Assembly: GCF_003859805.1 (NCBI RefSeq)
Contig: NZ_RQZG01000007.1
Span: 88,312-152,311 of the forward strand
Direction of reading: 5' to 3'
Origin: Arachnia propionica
GTDB taxonomy: Bacteria; Actinomycetota; Actinomycetes; Propionibacteriales; Propionibacteriaceae
DNA: 64,000 nt
The notes under the pieces were generated by a model. The model did not search any database and had not been told where the DNA came from. It worked only from the letters and a program-made list of their open reading frames with translations. The translations under genes and the position numbers were made by a program. Positions 1 through 9,680 of this stretch are shown here, piece by piece; the stretch's first letter is position 1; every line of letters starts with the position of its first letter.

Positions 1-69
1 ACGAGTTCACGGCTTCGGGCGTGCAGCCCATCTTCGACTATCACCGCGCAAACGCAGAAAGGATCAACC

Positions 70-1023
70 ATGAGCGTGCTGAAGAACTTGCAGGAGCAGC
101 AGTCGAGTTCGCCGACGTCGAATCCCTCGATGTCGAGGCTCGACGCCATCGAGCAGCAGTTGACCAAGCTGACCACGGCAGTGAGCGAGCTGGCGCAGTA
201 CGTGAAGGTGATGGACGAAGCCCAGACGGGCAAGCTGACCGCGTTGACCTCGCAGCAGCGCGAGCAGCCCTCGAGGCCGCAGCTCGACGACGAGACGAGG
301 AGCAGGATCGCCGAGATCGAAAAGACGCTCGCCGCCGTCGCATCGCAGCTGAGCAGCAGCGAAGCCGTGAAACTGCCCGACGGGTCGTCGGTGCGCAGGT
401 CAGACTTGGATGCGCACTCGATGATGGCGAGGATCGAGAAGCAGCTCGCGACGACGGCCCAGAGTTCGGCTGAGCTCGCGGAGGCTGTGAAGAAGCGGGG
501 TCGGGTGACTATCGACGTCGACAAGGTCAACGCGCACTTCGCCGGTCAGCTCGACGGGCGGCTCCAGAAGGCGCTGGAGCCCTCAGTCGCACGCCTTGAG
601 CAAGCTCTCGACGGATTCGAGGCCCGGGTGGCTAACGTTGGCAGGCAGCGCGCTGTACAGGCCGTCCAGGAGGTCGAGGCAGTCGTTGCCAAGGCCGACG
701 ATGTGGTGGACGCTGTGAAGGCCGCTGAACGGCGTGTGGCCGCATTGGAGAGCAAGGTGACGTGGACTGCCGTCGGGCGCATGGGGCTGGCGCTACTGCC
801 GTTGACCGCCGTGCTCCTCGTGATCGGCGGGCTCGTCGGGGGTGTGGCCTACGCCGCCGGGGTCGGTCCGCTTCTGGGCTGGGCCTGGGGTTCATTCTCG
901 GGAACATCGGTGTGGTGGCAAAAGGCGCTCATCGCCATCGGGACGTTGGGCGGGCTGGCAGGGTTCGGTGCGCTCGTGTGGTGGTTGGCCCAGCGGCTCG
1001 GTGAGGACTTCCGGCACTGGTGA
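70..1023 (+). CDS. Hypothetical coiled-coil protein with two C-terminal transmembrane helices (island cargo)
   Basis: 317-aa ORF with ordinary composition, long Ala/Glu/Gln-rich helical region and a hydrophobic C-terminus (LALLPLTAVLLVIGGLVGGVAYAAG...). The overlapping 21..473 ORF is Arg/Ala-rich and was treated as a frame artefact. Confidence 0.45.
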   Translation: MSVLKNLQEQQSSSPTSNPSMSRLDAIEQQLTKLTTAVSELAQYVKVMDEAQTGKLTALTSQQREQPSRPQLDDETRSRIAEIEKTLAAVASQLSSSEAVKLPDGSSVRRSDLDAHSMMARIEKQLATTAQSSAELAEAVKKRGRVTIDVDKVNAHFAGQLDGRLQKALEPSVARLEQALDGFEARVANVGRQRAVQAVQEVEAVVAKADDVVDAVKAAERRVAALESKVTWTAVGRMGLALLPLTAVLLVIGGLVGGVAYAAGVGPLLGWAWGSFSGTSVWWQKALIAIGTLGGLAGFGALVWWLAQRLGEDFRHW

Positions 1024-1067
1024 TGAAAACAGAACCCCGCAGCCATCGGCTGCGGGGTTCTTGGATG

Positions 1068-1634
1068 TCAGAGGTCACGGAACACGAAAACACCGTACGC
1101 AGGCGCTGGGGCGTTGACGACGCTGAACTCCTGCTGCAGGTCGCGGGTCCATGCGTTCCAGTCGAAGTAGCGTTGGGCTTCCTCGGGCCAGCCGGTAGTC
1201 AGACCGATGTCGTCGGCGAGCTGTTCGGCATACTCGCGGAAGCTGTCCCACAGCCCGCAGTAGCACTCCTCGAAGTCGCTGAGGCACGGGATCTCGCCAG
1301 TACCCTCGGCAACGTACGCGCCTGAGCGCACCCAGGCGCACAGCGCTGGCCAGCGCTCGACCCCCACCTCGGTATAGACGCGCCCCCACTCAGCAGCCTC
1401 CAACAGATCCATCTCATGGTCGACGGGGAGGCAGTCCAGGTCGAGGCACCAGATCTCCTCACACCCCACGTACGGGCCGTCTGCGCCCTCGTGGATGGTC
1501 TCCAGGGTGATCTCGGCGACATCGGTGCATTCGACCCAGCAGCCGACGAGGCGGCCGGCGTTGTAGCAGTTCAAACAGGCGGCCCAGACGCGGGGCGCGA
1601 TGTGAGTGGTGACGGTCATGGTGTTCTCCTCCAA
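1068..1634 (-). CDS. ardA: Antirestriction protein ArdA (DNA-mimic inhibitor of type I RM)
   Basis: Acidic 188-aa protein. The N-terminus PRVWAACLNCYNAGRLVGCWVE matches the ArdA signature (Tn916 ArdA: VYIANLGKYNEGELVGAWF). The C-terminus YFDWNAWTRDL...YGVFVF matches the ArdA YIDYQAYGRDL...GIFEI block. Unusually Cys-rich (11 Cys). Confidence 0.85.
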   Translation of the reverse strand: MEENTMTVTTHIAPRVWAACLNCYNAGRLVGCWVECTDVAEITLETIHEGADGPYVGCEEIWCLDLDCLPVDHEMDLLEAAEWGRVYTEVGVERWPALCAWVRSGAYVAEGTGEIPCLSDFEECYCGLWDSFREYAEQLADDIGLTTGWPEEAQRYFDWNAWTRDLQQEFSVVNAPAPAYGVFVFRDL

Positions 1635-1736
1635 GCAGTTCGGATGAGAACGGGGCCCGACCGGCCGTGCTCGGAGAATCAGCGCTTACACCGGACTCCC
1701 GCTCTCAGGAGGGCTCCCGGCGCCGCGTTGCGGTGC

Positions 1737-1958
1737 CTACTCGTGCAGCGCCAATCGCAGCCCCAGCGAGTCAGCGACCTTAAGCAATGTGGATGAGGAG
1801 ACGGACTTGCCCGCTTCAAGGCGGGTCACCGTGAGGCGTGAAACTCCTGCGTGGGTGGCCAGTTCGGTCTGACTCCACCCGCGTGCCTTTCGAGCCTCGC
1901 GCACCTTCCGTGACAAGGGTGCTGCCCGGCCCCCGGTGTCAACCGTTGAAACAGACAT
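1737..1958 (-). CDS. XRE-family helix-turn-helix transcriptional regulator
   Basis: 73 aa with GWSQTELATHAGVSRLTVTRLEAG, a canonical HTH_XRE. It lies 1 nt downstream of the S-subunit gene and is co-directional with the RM genes. Confidence 0.8.
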   Translation of the reverse strand: MSVSTVDTGGRAAPLSRKVREARKARGWSQTELATHAGVSRLTVTRLEAGKSVSSSTLLKVADSLGLRLALHE

Positions 1959-1959
1959 G

Positions 1960-3432
1960 TCACTCCTCGTCGCCGACGACCCTGATCGAACCGTGGCGCC
2001 CTGTGAGCTGTGAAAGGGCTTGTTCCGCAGCGCTGACTGCCTCAGTTTCGAGGCGGTCGGCTTTGGCGGCCAAGTGGGTCGCCTCGTCGCTCAGATCCGC
2101 GATGGCGTCCTCCTGGGTTCGATCGAACCGCGGAATCGGGACTTGTCGAATGTCCTGGGGGTCCAGATGAGGCACTGAGGTGCCTGACGCGTAGCGGACC
2201 ACACGTGGGCGTCCGTAGTCGACGTGGTTCAGCACGGTCTGGAGGTACCCGGTGCGGACCTTGGTCTGGTCAGGGACGATGCGGATGAGGTCATGGCTGC
2301 CGAAGACGTTGTCGTGATCCCCGGTGAGGACGGTGGTTCGTCCCAAGAGCCCATAGGTCTGCCCAGAGCAGGCCATGATGATCCATCCGGCCTTGAGCAT
2401 GTAGCGCTCGGGATCGGGCAGCAGGGCAGAGTAGATGCGCTTGGTGACGGGCGGGTTCACGTCGAATAGTTCGCTGGCGGAGCGGTACGGGGTGCCGTTT
2501 GGGCCGAAGTATCGCTTGAAGCGGGAGCCCACGGACACCGACTCGACCAGGTCCTCCAGCGCCTCAACCGAGTTCGACGCGAGCTCGACGCGGTGTTCGA
2601 GCCAGACGACGTCAGCGCGATGGAACTGCCCCTCGATGCGGCGACGGCCGGACCAGATGTCTGAGGCTCGGATGGTCACCGTCGGGCTGTCGGGTGCGGG
2701 CGTGCCGCCTGGGTTGACCAGCTCGGCCAACATAGCGTCTGCTTTGGCCTGCAGTCGACGAGACGCCTGGCGCATCTCCAGCGCGTTCTTCGCATCCTGC
2801 CCGATGGCGTTTCGAGCGATGGCATCCGGCATGGCCACCGGCATCGCCAGCACGTGCTCCGGTTCCAGGTGCTTGATCATGTGGCCGTACTGGGAGCTGC
2901 GCGCGATGGCGAAGAACGTCGGCGTCTTCATGTAGGCGTACAGCCAGCCGTAGTCCTGTGGATTGTGGGGCACGATGCGCAGCAGGTCGTGGGTGATGAC
3001 CTTGTTGAGGTGTTCGTCGTAGACAGCGGTCAGGCGACCCACCTCGCCGGAACACGAGAGCAGCAGCCAGTCACGCTCAAGGTAGCGGGTCTCCACAGCG
3101 GGCACCATCGCTTCTGCGAGCCATTTGCGCACTCGATGCTGACTCTCCAGGACCTGGCCGGCCGACAGGAACGGCAGACCCTTGCCCGGGTCGACGGGGT
3201 ATCCCTTGAGCCGGGAGGGTTGCCACACCGCGGCGAGGTCGGACATGGGGACAGTCGACGGCACCGCCTCCAGCCCTTGACGCAGGCCGAAGCCATCGGT
3301 GAGGAAGGTGGATGCTTCCAGCCGTCGATCGCCTCCGGTGAGCATCTTCACGCTCACCGGTGCCCACAGCACGTCGGAGTTTATCGCCGGCCCGGCCGGC
3401 GCGAGGGCCTTGTTCAGAGCGTGCTCAGCCAT
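1960..3432 (-). CDS. Restriction-modification specificity (S) subunit with two target-recognition domains
   Basis: 490 aa with a clear internal duplication (WLLLSCSGEVGRLTAVYDEHLNKVITHDLLRIVP versus WIIMACSGQTYGLLGRTTVLTGDHDNVFGSHDLIRIVP), typical of HsdS/BcgIB-type subunits. Its start overlaps the stop of the upstream nuclease-MTase gene (3414..3432), suggesting an operon. Confidence 0.7.
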   Translation of the reverse strand: MAEHALNKALAPAGPAINSDVLWAPVSVKMLTGGDRRLEASTFLTDGFGLRQGLEAVPSTVPMSDLAAVWQPSRLKGYPVDPGKGLPFLSAGQVLESQHRVRKWLAEAMVPAVETRYLERDWLLLSCSGEVGRLTAVYDEHLNKVITHDLLRIVPHNPQDYGWLYAYMKTPTFFAIARSSQYGHMIKHLEPEHVLAMPVAMPDAIARNAIGQDAKNALEMRQASRRLQAKADAMLAELVNPGGTPAPDSPTVTIRASDIWSGRRRIEGQFHRADVVWLEHRVELASNSVEALEDLVESVSVGSRFKRYFGPNGTPYRSASELFDVNPPVTKRIYSALLPDPERYMLKAGWIIMACSGQTYGLLGRTTVLTGDHDNVFGSHDLIRIVPDQTKVRTGYLQTVLNHVDYGRPRVVRYASGTSVPHLDPQDIRQVPIPRFDRTQEDAIADLSDEATHLAAKADRLETEAVSAAEQALSQLTGRHGSIRVVGDEE

Positions 3433-5378
3433 GCCTTGAACTCCTTGGCGATGTCCTGGGTGTTGTCGTCGACCACGCGCTCCTTGGCGAGGTGCTGCTG
3501 CTCGTCGTCGTCGCCGTCCGCAGCTGTGGTGACCGCGTCGGCGGTCTCACGCACGATCTCGAAGCCCTGGTCGTCCCGCATGTAGACGGCGTTGCCGCGC
3601 TTGTCATGGCCGATCCGGTCACAGATGGCCATGAAGATCTCGTAGTCCTTGATCCTGCCTGCTGCGATCTCATCTCGGATCTGGCGCTCTGACTTGCGCT
3701 GCAGGACCAAGACGGAGGTCTGCACGCTGGTGCCGGGCTGGAAGGTGTCAGGGTGGAGGTCTACCGAGGCAAGGATGGTCGTGTGCGTGAGGATCCACTG
3801 GCGCACGAAGCCGAGGCCGGGGCTGCCCAGGATGCCGTCCGGCAGCACGAGCGCCGCGCGGCCGGTCCCAGACTTGAGAAGCTGCACACATCGCTCGATG
3901 AAGAGGATCTCCGGCGGCCGAGAGGTTGTCTTGGTCGTCTTCATCCAGGTGTCGGTGTCCTCGTCGTAGTCCCACTGGTGGCCGAGGTCGAACTGTTCCA
4001 GGATGGCCGGGTCATCGATGGGAATTTTCGAGCCGAACGGCGGGTTGGTGAGGATCACGTCGACCGCCCCCATCAGGTTGCGGGCACGCAGGTCATCGTT
4101 CCAGCGTGACGATGCGTCCAGTGAGTTGGCCTGGTACAGGCCACCGGAGCCGTCGTTGTTCATGACCATGTTCATCTTCGTGGCGCGCACGAGGTTGGGG
4201 TTGAAGTCCAGCCCCACGAGGTTGTGCTCCAGGAAGTATCGTTTGCGGTCACGGATCGACTCGTCCTGCAGCTGCCGGCTGCGTCCGGAAGCCCGCACCT
4301 CGGTCTTGATCGAGGAAACGACGTGGTTCATAGCGGCGATCAGGAAGCCACCGGTGCCACAGGCGGGGTCGAGGATGAGGTCCTTGTCGCTGGGGTCCAG
4401 CATCTCGACCATCATGTTGCAGACGTTGCGGGGGGTGAAGAACTCGCCTCGGTCCCCGCGCAGGTTGGAGCCCACCACCTCTTCGTAGGCCTTGCCCTTG
4501 ACGTCGACGTCGGAGTCCAGCAGGGAGAACATCTGGAGCTGGGTCACGATGTAGGCCAACACCTTGTCTTCGAGCTCGATGGTCTCGTTGGCCTTGAAGA
4601 TCTGCGAGTACTGACGCTTGACACTGTCGAACAGCTTGCCGATGCGGCTCGCGCATCGCATCAGCCCAGTAATATTCTGGCGCTCCTTGGGGGTGGCGTA
4701 GAACTGGGGGTCACTGGACTCACGCTCGTCCTGGATCTTGCAGAAGATGAGCTTGAGCAGCTCCCAGAAGGCCTCGGGCTTCTGCATGCCCTGGTTGCCC
4801 GCGATGTAACTGTGTGCACGCCGGAAGGCGAACAGCAGCGAGTCGGACGCCGCGGGTCGCAGCTGGTCAAAGCGCGGGGTGCCAGCCTCAGCGGTGTCCC
4901 CGCAGTGCGGGATGTCGGGGATCTCTACCGACACTCGGCTGCCGTTGCCGTCGGTATCGAACGCGAAGGAGGCCATGTCCTCGCCGTTGGTCCACATGCC
5001 AACCTCGACGTTGGGGCACGCAGCCATGTAGCTGAGCATCTGCTCGACCCCGTCCTTCTTCATCGAGGGGCGGATCTTGGCGCTCTTGCACTCGATGATG
5101 AGCCAGGCAGCCGCTTGAGTCTGCTCGGCGGGGCGCAGCCCGGGCGGGAACACGGCGATGTCGACACGGACGCGCTTGCTGCCGAACTTGATCGGGAACT
5201 CCACGCGGATGTCCTGCTTGGCGTAGCCGTACTCGCGCACCAAGGACTTCAGGATCTCTTGGCGGACATACTCCTCGGGAGTGTCCTGCCGAAGGGTGAT
5301 GCCGTCAATGAAGTCGAGCACCTTCCCCGGTGGCACGATGGCCAAGCCACCATGCGGAGCGTCAACCTGGATCGTCAT
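3414..5378 (-). CDS. Fused restriction endonuclease / N6-adenine DNA methyltransferase (BcgI-like type IIB RM subunit, or type I-like HsdM with an HsdR_N nuclease domain)
   Basis: The N-terminal ~130 aa has a PD-(D/E)xK pattern (VDIAVF...LIIECKS) resembling the HsdR N-terminal nuclease fold. Then come gamma-class MTase motifs: FFTPRNVCNMMVEMLDP, DPACGTGGFL (motif I) and ILTNPPFG (motif IV). No separate helicase-type HsdR is in the locus. Confidence 0.8.
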   Translation of the reverse strand: MTIQVDAPHGGLAIVPPGKVLDFIDGITLRQDTPEEYVRQEILKSLVREYGYAKQDIRVEFPIKFGSKRVRVDIAVFPPGLRPAEQTQAAAWLIIECKSAKIRPSMKKDGVEQMLSYMAACPNVEVGMWTNGEDMASFAFDTDGNGSRVSVEIPDIPHCGDTAEAGTPRFDQLRPAASDSLLFAFRRAHSYIAGNQGMQKPEAFWELLKLIFCKIQDERESSDPQFYATPKERQNITGLMRCASRIGKLFDSVKRQYSQIFKANETIELEDKVLAYIVTQLQMFSLLDSDVDVKGKAYEEVVGSNLRGDRGEFFTPRNVCNMMVEMLDPSDKDLILDPACGTGGFLIAAMNHVVSSIKTEVRASGRSRQLQDESIRDRKRYFLEHNLVGLDFNPNLVRATKMNMVMNNDGSGGLYQANSLDASSRWNDDLRARNLMGAVDVILTNPPFGSKIPIDDPAILEQFDLGHQWDYDEDTDTWMKTTKTTSRPPEILFIERCVQLLKSGTGRAALVLPDGILGSPGLGFVRQWILTHTTILASVDLHPDTFQPGTSVQTSVLVLQRKSERQIRDEIAAGRIKDYEIFMAICDRIGHDKRGNAVYMRDDQGFEIVRETADAVTTAADGDDDEQQHLAKERVVDDNTQDIAKEFKAWLSTL

Positions 5379-5494
5379 GGAGCGATTCTCTCTTCCTCAT
5401 CCTGCAGCGGCACCCGACCGGGCAGCAAACCTCAATGTATCAAAACTGTTACATCCTGAGAAGGCGTCAAGGGCGAGCAAACAGCGAAGGCGCT

Positions 5495-7051
5495 TCACAT
5501 CTCGCCAGTCGCAACCGCGCCACCAAAGTCGACGTCGACCGATGCTGGATCGAAGCCCTTGCGCCCGCGGGGCTGCGGGTAGAGTGTCACCGTGGCGAGC
5601 GTGTCGATGACCTGCCGCTGAACCTCGAGAGGTGCCTCGCGGAACGCCGCCGCCGGGTCCTCAGTTCCCAAGATCGGGGCCAGCACCCCGCCCCGACCTC
5701 GCAGCAGGCGCTCAGCCTCAAGCTCCGCGATCCGAGCCTCCGCCGCTTCGCGAATGCGCTTGAGGTCGCGGCCCTCGATCACTTCAGCGTCGTAGTCCCG
5801 CTGCGCCCGAAGGATACGACCGCGTTGCTCAGCGATGGAGGCGCTGATTCCTGAAGTGTCTGGGGCCTTGTCGCTCGTCTTGTGCTTGGCGAGGGCGTCC
5901 GGCTGACCGAGCCGACCAGCGATGACCTCGGTAACGAACTCGTCGATGTGGCTGCCTGTTCGCATCACATGCCCCGCGCAGCGGTATCCGCGTGGCGCTC
6001 CCGTCACCTTGCCGCCACACACAGCGCATCGGTACAGGCCGGAGCCCAGGTGCTTGCGCTTGGTCGAGCCCGAGGTGTTCGTGACCCGCTCGGTGTTGTC
6101 GAGGATGTCCTGGGCACGCCACCAGGTCTCGTCGTCGACGATGGCTTCCCACTGCCCCCGGATGGGCTCGCCTGCGTCGTCACGAAGGATCTGCGCACGC
6201 CAGGAGCGCCGACGACCACCGTCGGCTTGTGCGGTCTTCGGCGTATAGGTGGACATCCGCGCGTACCGGGGGTTCCGCAGGATGCCCAGCACGGTCGAGG
6301 GGCTCCACGGGCCGTCAGGTTCGATGGGGCGGGGCTCCTTGCCCGCGGCGAGCCTTCGCTCAGCCCGCTCGGAGGACACCACGTGGGAGTGCTTGGGCCG
6401 GGGCGAGATCCCTTTGATCTCCTGCGTGCCGCTGAGGGCACGCGCAAGCGAGCGCAGGGACTCCGGGTGTGCGGGCCGCGTGAACAGGGTGTAGATCGCC
6501 TGGACCGCTTGTGCTTCGTCGGGAAGGACATCGCCGTTGGTCGCGTAGCCAAGCGGCCTCATACCCTTGGGAGCGCGGCCTTGCTTAGCGCGTTGCAGCT
6601 GCGCCGCCGACTGGCGCGCGCCCTTGCGCTCCATCTCGGCCCGGGCGACGGCGGCCTTGATGCGGGCGTACATGCGCCCGCCATCCGTGGACAGGTCGGC
6701 GTCGCCGTTAGCGGTGACGAGAGCAAGCCCGTTGAGCTCGGCCGCGTCGATCCAGTCCTCAAGCTGGCGGGGCTGACGAGTTAGCCGGTCGAGGTCATAG
6801 CAGATGATCGCGGTAAACCGACCCGCCTTATAGTCGGCCACCATGCGGTCGTAGTCGGGCCGCGACTTCGTCCTGTCAGTGGCGCTCTTCGACTGGTCGA
6901 CGTAGGTCTCGACGACCTCCCACTGACGATACTTAGCCAGGGCCTCACACTGCTCGCGTTGCCGGTCGATGGCCAAGCCATCCATCTCCCTGTCTTGAGA
7001 GATGCGCAGATAGATGGCCGCCTTGCGGGACGTGGCGAGGGGATGACTCAT
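5495..7051 (-). CDS. Large serine recombinase (serine integrase)
   Basis: The N-terminus AAIYLRISQD is the resolvase catalytic-Ser region. It has a central recombinase domain and a zinc-ribbon YRCAVCGGKVTGAPRGYRCAGH. It has a coiled-coil C-terminus; 518 aa. Confidence 0.9.
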   Translation of the reverse strand: MSHPLATSRKAAIYLRISQDREMDGLAIDRQREQCEALAKYRQWEVVETYVDQSKSATDRTKSRPDYDRMVADYKAGRFTAIICYDLDRLTRQPRQLEDWIDAAELNGLALVTANGDADLSTDGGRMYARIKAAVARAEMERKGARQSAAQLQRAKQGRAPKGMRPLGYATNGDVLPDEAQAVQAIYTLFTRPAHPESLRSLARALSGTQEIKGISPRPKHSHVVSSERAERRLAAGKEPRPIEPDGPWSPSTVLGILRNPRYARMSTYTPKTAQADGGRRRSWRAQILRDDAGEPIRGQWEAIVDDETWWRAQDILDNTERVTNTSGSTKRKHLGSGLYRCAVCGGKVTGAPRGYRCAGHVMRTGSHIDEFVTEVIAGRLGQPDALAKHKTSDKAPDTSGISASIAEQRGRILRAQRDYDAEVIEGRDLKRIREAAEARIAELEAERLLRGRGGVLAPILGTEDPAAAFREAPLEVQRQVIDTLATVTLYPQPRGRKGFDPASVDVDFGGAVATGEM

Positions 7052-7060
7052 GCCACCAGT

Positions 7061-8146
7061 TTACTTCTTAGAAGTTAGTCCTGTCCTGAACTCGACCACG
7101 TCGCCGTCGGCCATGACGTAGTCCTTGCCCTCGAGGCGCAGCTTGCCCGCAGCCTTGGCCGCGGCCTCGGAACCCGCCTCGACGAGGTCGTCGAAGCTCA
7201 CGACCTGGGCCTTGATGAAGCCCTTCTGGAAGTCGGTGTGGATGACGCCCGCCGCCTCGGGTGCCGTCGCCCCCTGCGGGATCGTCCAGGCCCTGGCCTC
7301 CTTCGGCCCCGCTGTGAGGTAGGACTGCAGGCCGAGGGTCGCGTAGCCGACGCGCGCCAGGACGTCGAGGCCCGGCTCCTCCACCCCCATCTCCTCGAGG
7401 AAGGCGCGCCCCTCCTCCTCGTCCATCTCCACCAGCTCCGACTCGAACTTCGCGTCCAGGAAGATGGCCTCCGCCGGGGCCACCACCTCGCGCATCCGTG
7501 CCTTGAGCTCCTCGTCCGCCAACTCGTCCTGGTCGCAGTTGAAGACGTAGATGAACGGCTTGGCGGTCAGGAGGAACAGATCCCTCAGGTGTTCCAGCTC
7601 CAGGCCCGAGCCATGCACCCGCTTCCCGGACTCCAGCACCTGCACCGCCGCCTGCATCGCCTCCAGCTTCGGGCGCGACTCCTTCTTGATCCGCGCCTCC
7701 TTCTCCACGCGCGGCAGCGCCTTCTCCAGGGTCTGCAGATCAGCCAGGATCAGCTCGGTGGTGATGGTGTCGATGTCCCCCGCCGGGTCCACCTTCCCGT
7801 CGACGTGGGTGACGTCCTCATCCTCGAACACCCGGGTCACCTGGCAGATCGCGTCGGCCTCACGGATGTTGGCCAGGAACGCGTTGCCCATGCCCTCACC
7901 CTTCGAGGCCCCCCGCACGATGCCCGCGATGTCCACGAAACTCACCGTCGCAGGCAGGATCCGCGCCGACCCGTAGATCTCGGCCAGCACCGGCAGCCGC
8001 GCATCGGGCACCCCGACGACGCCGACGTTCGGCTCGATCGTCGCGAACGGGTAGTTCGCCGCCAGCACGTTGTTGCGGGTCAGCGCGTTGAACAGGGTCG
8101 ACTTGCCGGCGTTGGGGAGACCGACGATTCCAATGGTGAGAGCCAC
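7061..8146 (-). CDS. ychF: Ribosome-binding ATPase YchF (Obg-family GTPase)
   Basis: [22 protein letters not shown] is the G1 motif, with a TGS-like C-terminus. The likely true start is the GTG at 8146 (VALTIG) rather than the ORF-track start at 8203. C-terminus is noted in findings. Confidence 0.9.
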   Translation of the reverse strand: MALTIGIVGLPNAGKSTLFNALTRNNVLAANYPFATIEPNVGVVGVPDARLPVLAEIYGSARILPATVSFVDIAGIVRGASKGEGMGNAFLANIREADAICQVTRVFEDEDVTHVDGKVDPAGDIDTITTELILADLQTLEKALPRVEKEARIKKESRPKLEAMQAAVQVLESGKRVHGSGLELEHLRDLFLLTAKPFIYVFNCDQDELADEELKARMREVVAPAEAIFLDAKFESELVEMDEEEGRAFLEEMGVEEPGLDVLARVGYATLGLQSYLTAGPKEARAWTIPQGATAPEAAGVIHTDFQKGFIKAQVVSFDDLVEAGSEAAAKAAGKLRLEGKDYVMADGDVVEFRTGLTSKK

Positions 8147-8395
8147 GAGGCGGGATTCTACGGCACACCCCACACGATGACCGCACGAACACCGGCGCGA
8201 CACGATTTACGCTCGACTTGCATAACCGAATTCATCTGGGTTAGGCTCGCCTCAGTGAACGACGTCGGAGACGTGTTCCGCGTCGGGAACAGGTGTTCAG
8301 GACCACCGCACGCGCGCTATGCCACAAGCGCCCCGCAGGCCCGCCGCGCCGCTCTTCTCTCTCCTTGGGGCGGAACGCGGCGGGTCTGCACTGTC

Positions 8396-9658
8396 TCACC
8401 CCGCCAGGTAGACCCGCAGCGCGCGGCTGAGATGATGCGGGTCGTCAGCCCCACACAGCTCCCGGGCCGAGTGCATCGACAACAACCCGATGCCGACGTC
8501 GACGGTGGTGAGCCCGAGCCGGGTCGCGGTGATGGGACCGATGGTCGACCCGCACGGCATCGCGTTGTTGGAGACGAACCTCTGGTGCGGGATCCCCGCC
8601 CGTTCACAGGCCTGCACCCACAGCGCCTCCCCGACGGCGTCCGTCGCGTACCGCTGATTGGCATTGACCTTGAGCATCGGTCCGGCATTCGGGCCGAGCT
8701 CGATGCGCGGATCGTGGTGCTGCGGGTAGTTCGGGTGCACCAGGTGCCCGGCATCCGCCGAGATGCAGGAACCCCGCGCGATCAGCGCCTTGAACCCGTC
8801 GACCCCCAATCCCGCGACGGCGGCGATGCGCTCCAGCACATCCGCCAGGAACGGCCCGGCTGCCCCCGTCGAGGTCTCGGACCCGACCTCCTCGTGGTCG
8901 AAGGTGGCGAAGAGGACCAGATCATCGCCATCCCCGAGGTCCTCGACGGCGGCCAGGCCCGCGTGCGTGCTGGAGAGGTTGTCCAACCGCCCGCTGGCGA
9001 ACAACTCCCCACCCAACCCGATCCGGGCCGGGGCCTGGGAGTCGAAGGTGAACAGGTCATGCCCGACGACCTCCTCGGGCGCGACCCCGGCCTGCTCGGC
9101 CAGCGCCTCCAGCACCCCCACCCCGGTCTCCAGTCCGACGACGGGCTGGGTGTGGGCCTGGCGGTCGAGCTTCAACCCGTCGTTCACGCCACGGTCGAGG
9201 TGGATGGCCAGCTGCGGCACCCGTGCCACACCGGCCAGCCGAACCAGGTGCGTGGCACCGTCGCGGCTGAGCAGACGTCCGGCGATGCCGAGGTCGCGAT
9301 CCAGCCACGAGTTGATCAGCATCCCGCCGTAGATCTCGACGGCCAGCTGCCGCCACCCACACGCGGTGAACTCCACGTCCGGCTTGACCTTGAACGCCGG
9401 GGAGTCGGTGTGGGCGCCGACGACGCGCAGTCCGGTGGTGTCGTCGAACCGCTCCGGCTGCCGCCACGCGATCACCGCTCCCCCACGCACGACGAAGAAC
9501 CGGCCCGCCCCGGCCGGGAAGGCCCCCTTCTCGTCGACCTGCGTGAAACCCGCCGTCGTCAGCCGGGAAGCGACGGTGTGGGCGGCGTGGAAGCTGGTGG
9601 GCGAGTCGAGAACGAACTGGGCGAGATCGTCGAGATGCGATGCGGAATCGGTGAACAT
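8396..9658 (-). CDS. apeB: M18-family aminopeptidase (aspartyl aminopeptidase-like)
   Basis: MFTDSASHLDDLAQFVLDSPTSFHAAHTV...GAHTDSPAFKVKP...FDHEEVGS matches the M18 aminopeptidase pattern. The start was chosen at the internal Met (9658) because the 5' extension is Arg/Trp-rich junk. Confidence 0.85.
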   Translation of the reverse strand: MFTDSASHLDDLAQFVLDSPTSFHAAHTVASRLTTAGFTQVDEKGAFPAGAGRFFVVRGGAVIAWRQPERFDDTTGLRVVGAHTDSPAFKVKPDVEFTACGWRQLAVEIYGGMLINSWLDRDLGIAGRLLSRDGATHLVRLAGVARVPQLAIHLDRGVNDGLKLDRQAHTQPVVGLETGVGVLEALAEQAGVAPEEVVGHDLFTFDSQAPARIGLGGELFASGRLDNLSSTHAGLAAVEDLGDGDDLVLFATFDHEEVGSETSTGAAGPFLADVLERIAAVAGLGVDGFKALIARGSCISADAGHLVHPNYPQHHDPRIELGPNAGPMLKVNANQRYATDAVGEALWVQACERAGIPHQRFVSNNAMPCGSTIGPITATRLGLTTVDVGIGLLSMHSARELCGADDPHHLSRALRVYLAG

Positions 9659-9680
9659 GGCTCCATTCAACCAGCCGCAG

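Larger units (their letters stand above)
1..7060. mobile_element. Partial integrated element (ICE/prophage-like island). It ends with a large serine recombinase next to ychF, and its other boundary lies upstream of the window.
   Basis: Serine integrase at the right edge, 9 nt from the ychF stop. Cargo is ArdA antirestriction, an RM system and an XRE regulator. Local GC (~60-63%) is visibly lower than the downstream backbone (~70%). Confidence 0.6.

Noticed and set aside
21-473. 150-aa + ORF at the window start
   Set aside because: It overlaps the 70..1023 frame, which has a far more protein-like coiled-coil/TM translation. The 21..473 frame is Arg/Ala-rich.
8147-8395. Possible tRNA or ncRNA in the ychF-aminopeptidase intergenic region
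   Set aside because: No cloverleaf or GTTCGA-type T-arm signature is visible. Only a GC-rich hairpin (GGCGGG...CCCGCC) consistent with a terminator for the minus-strand aminopeptidase gene.
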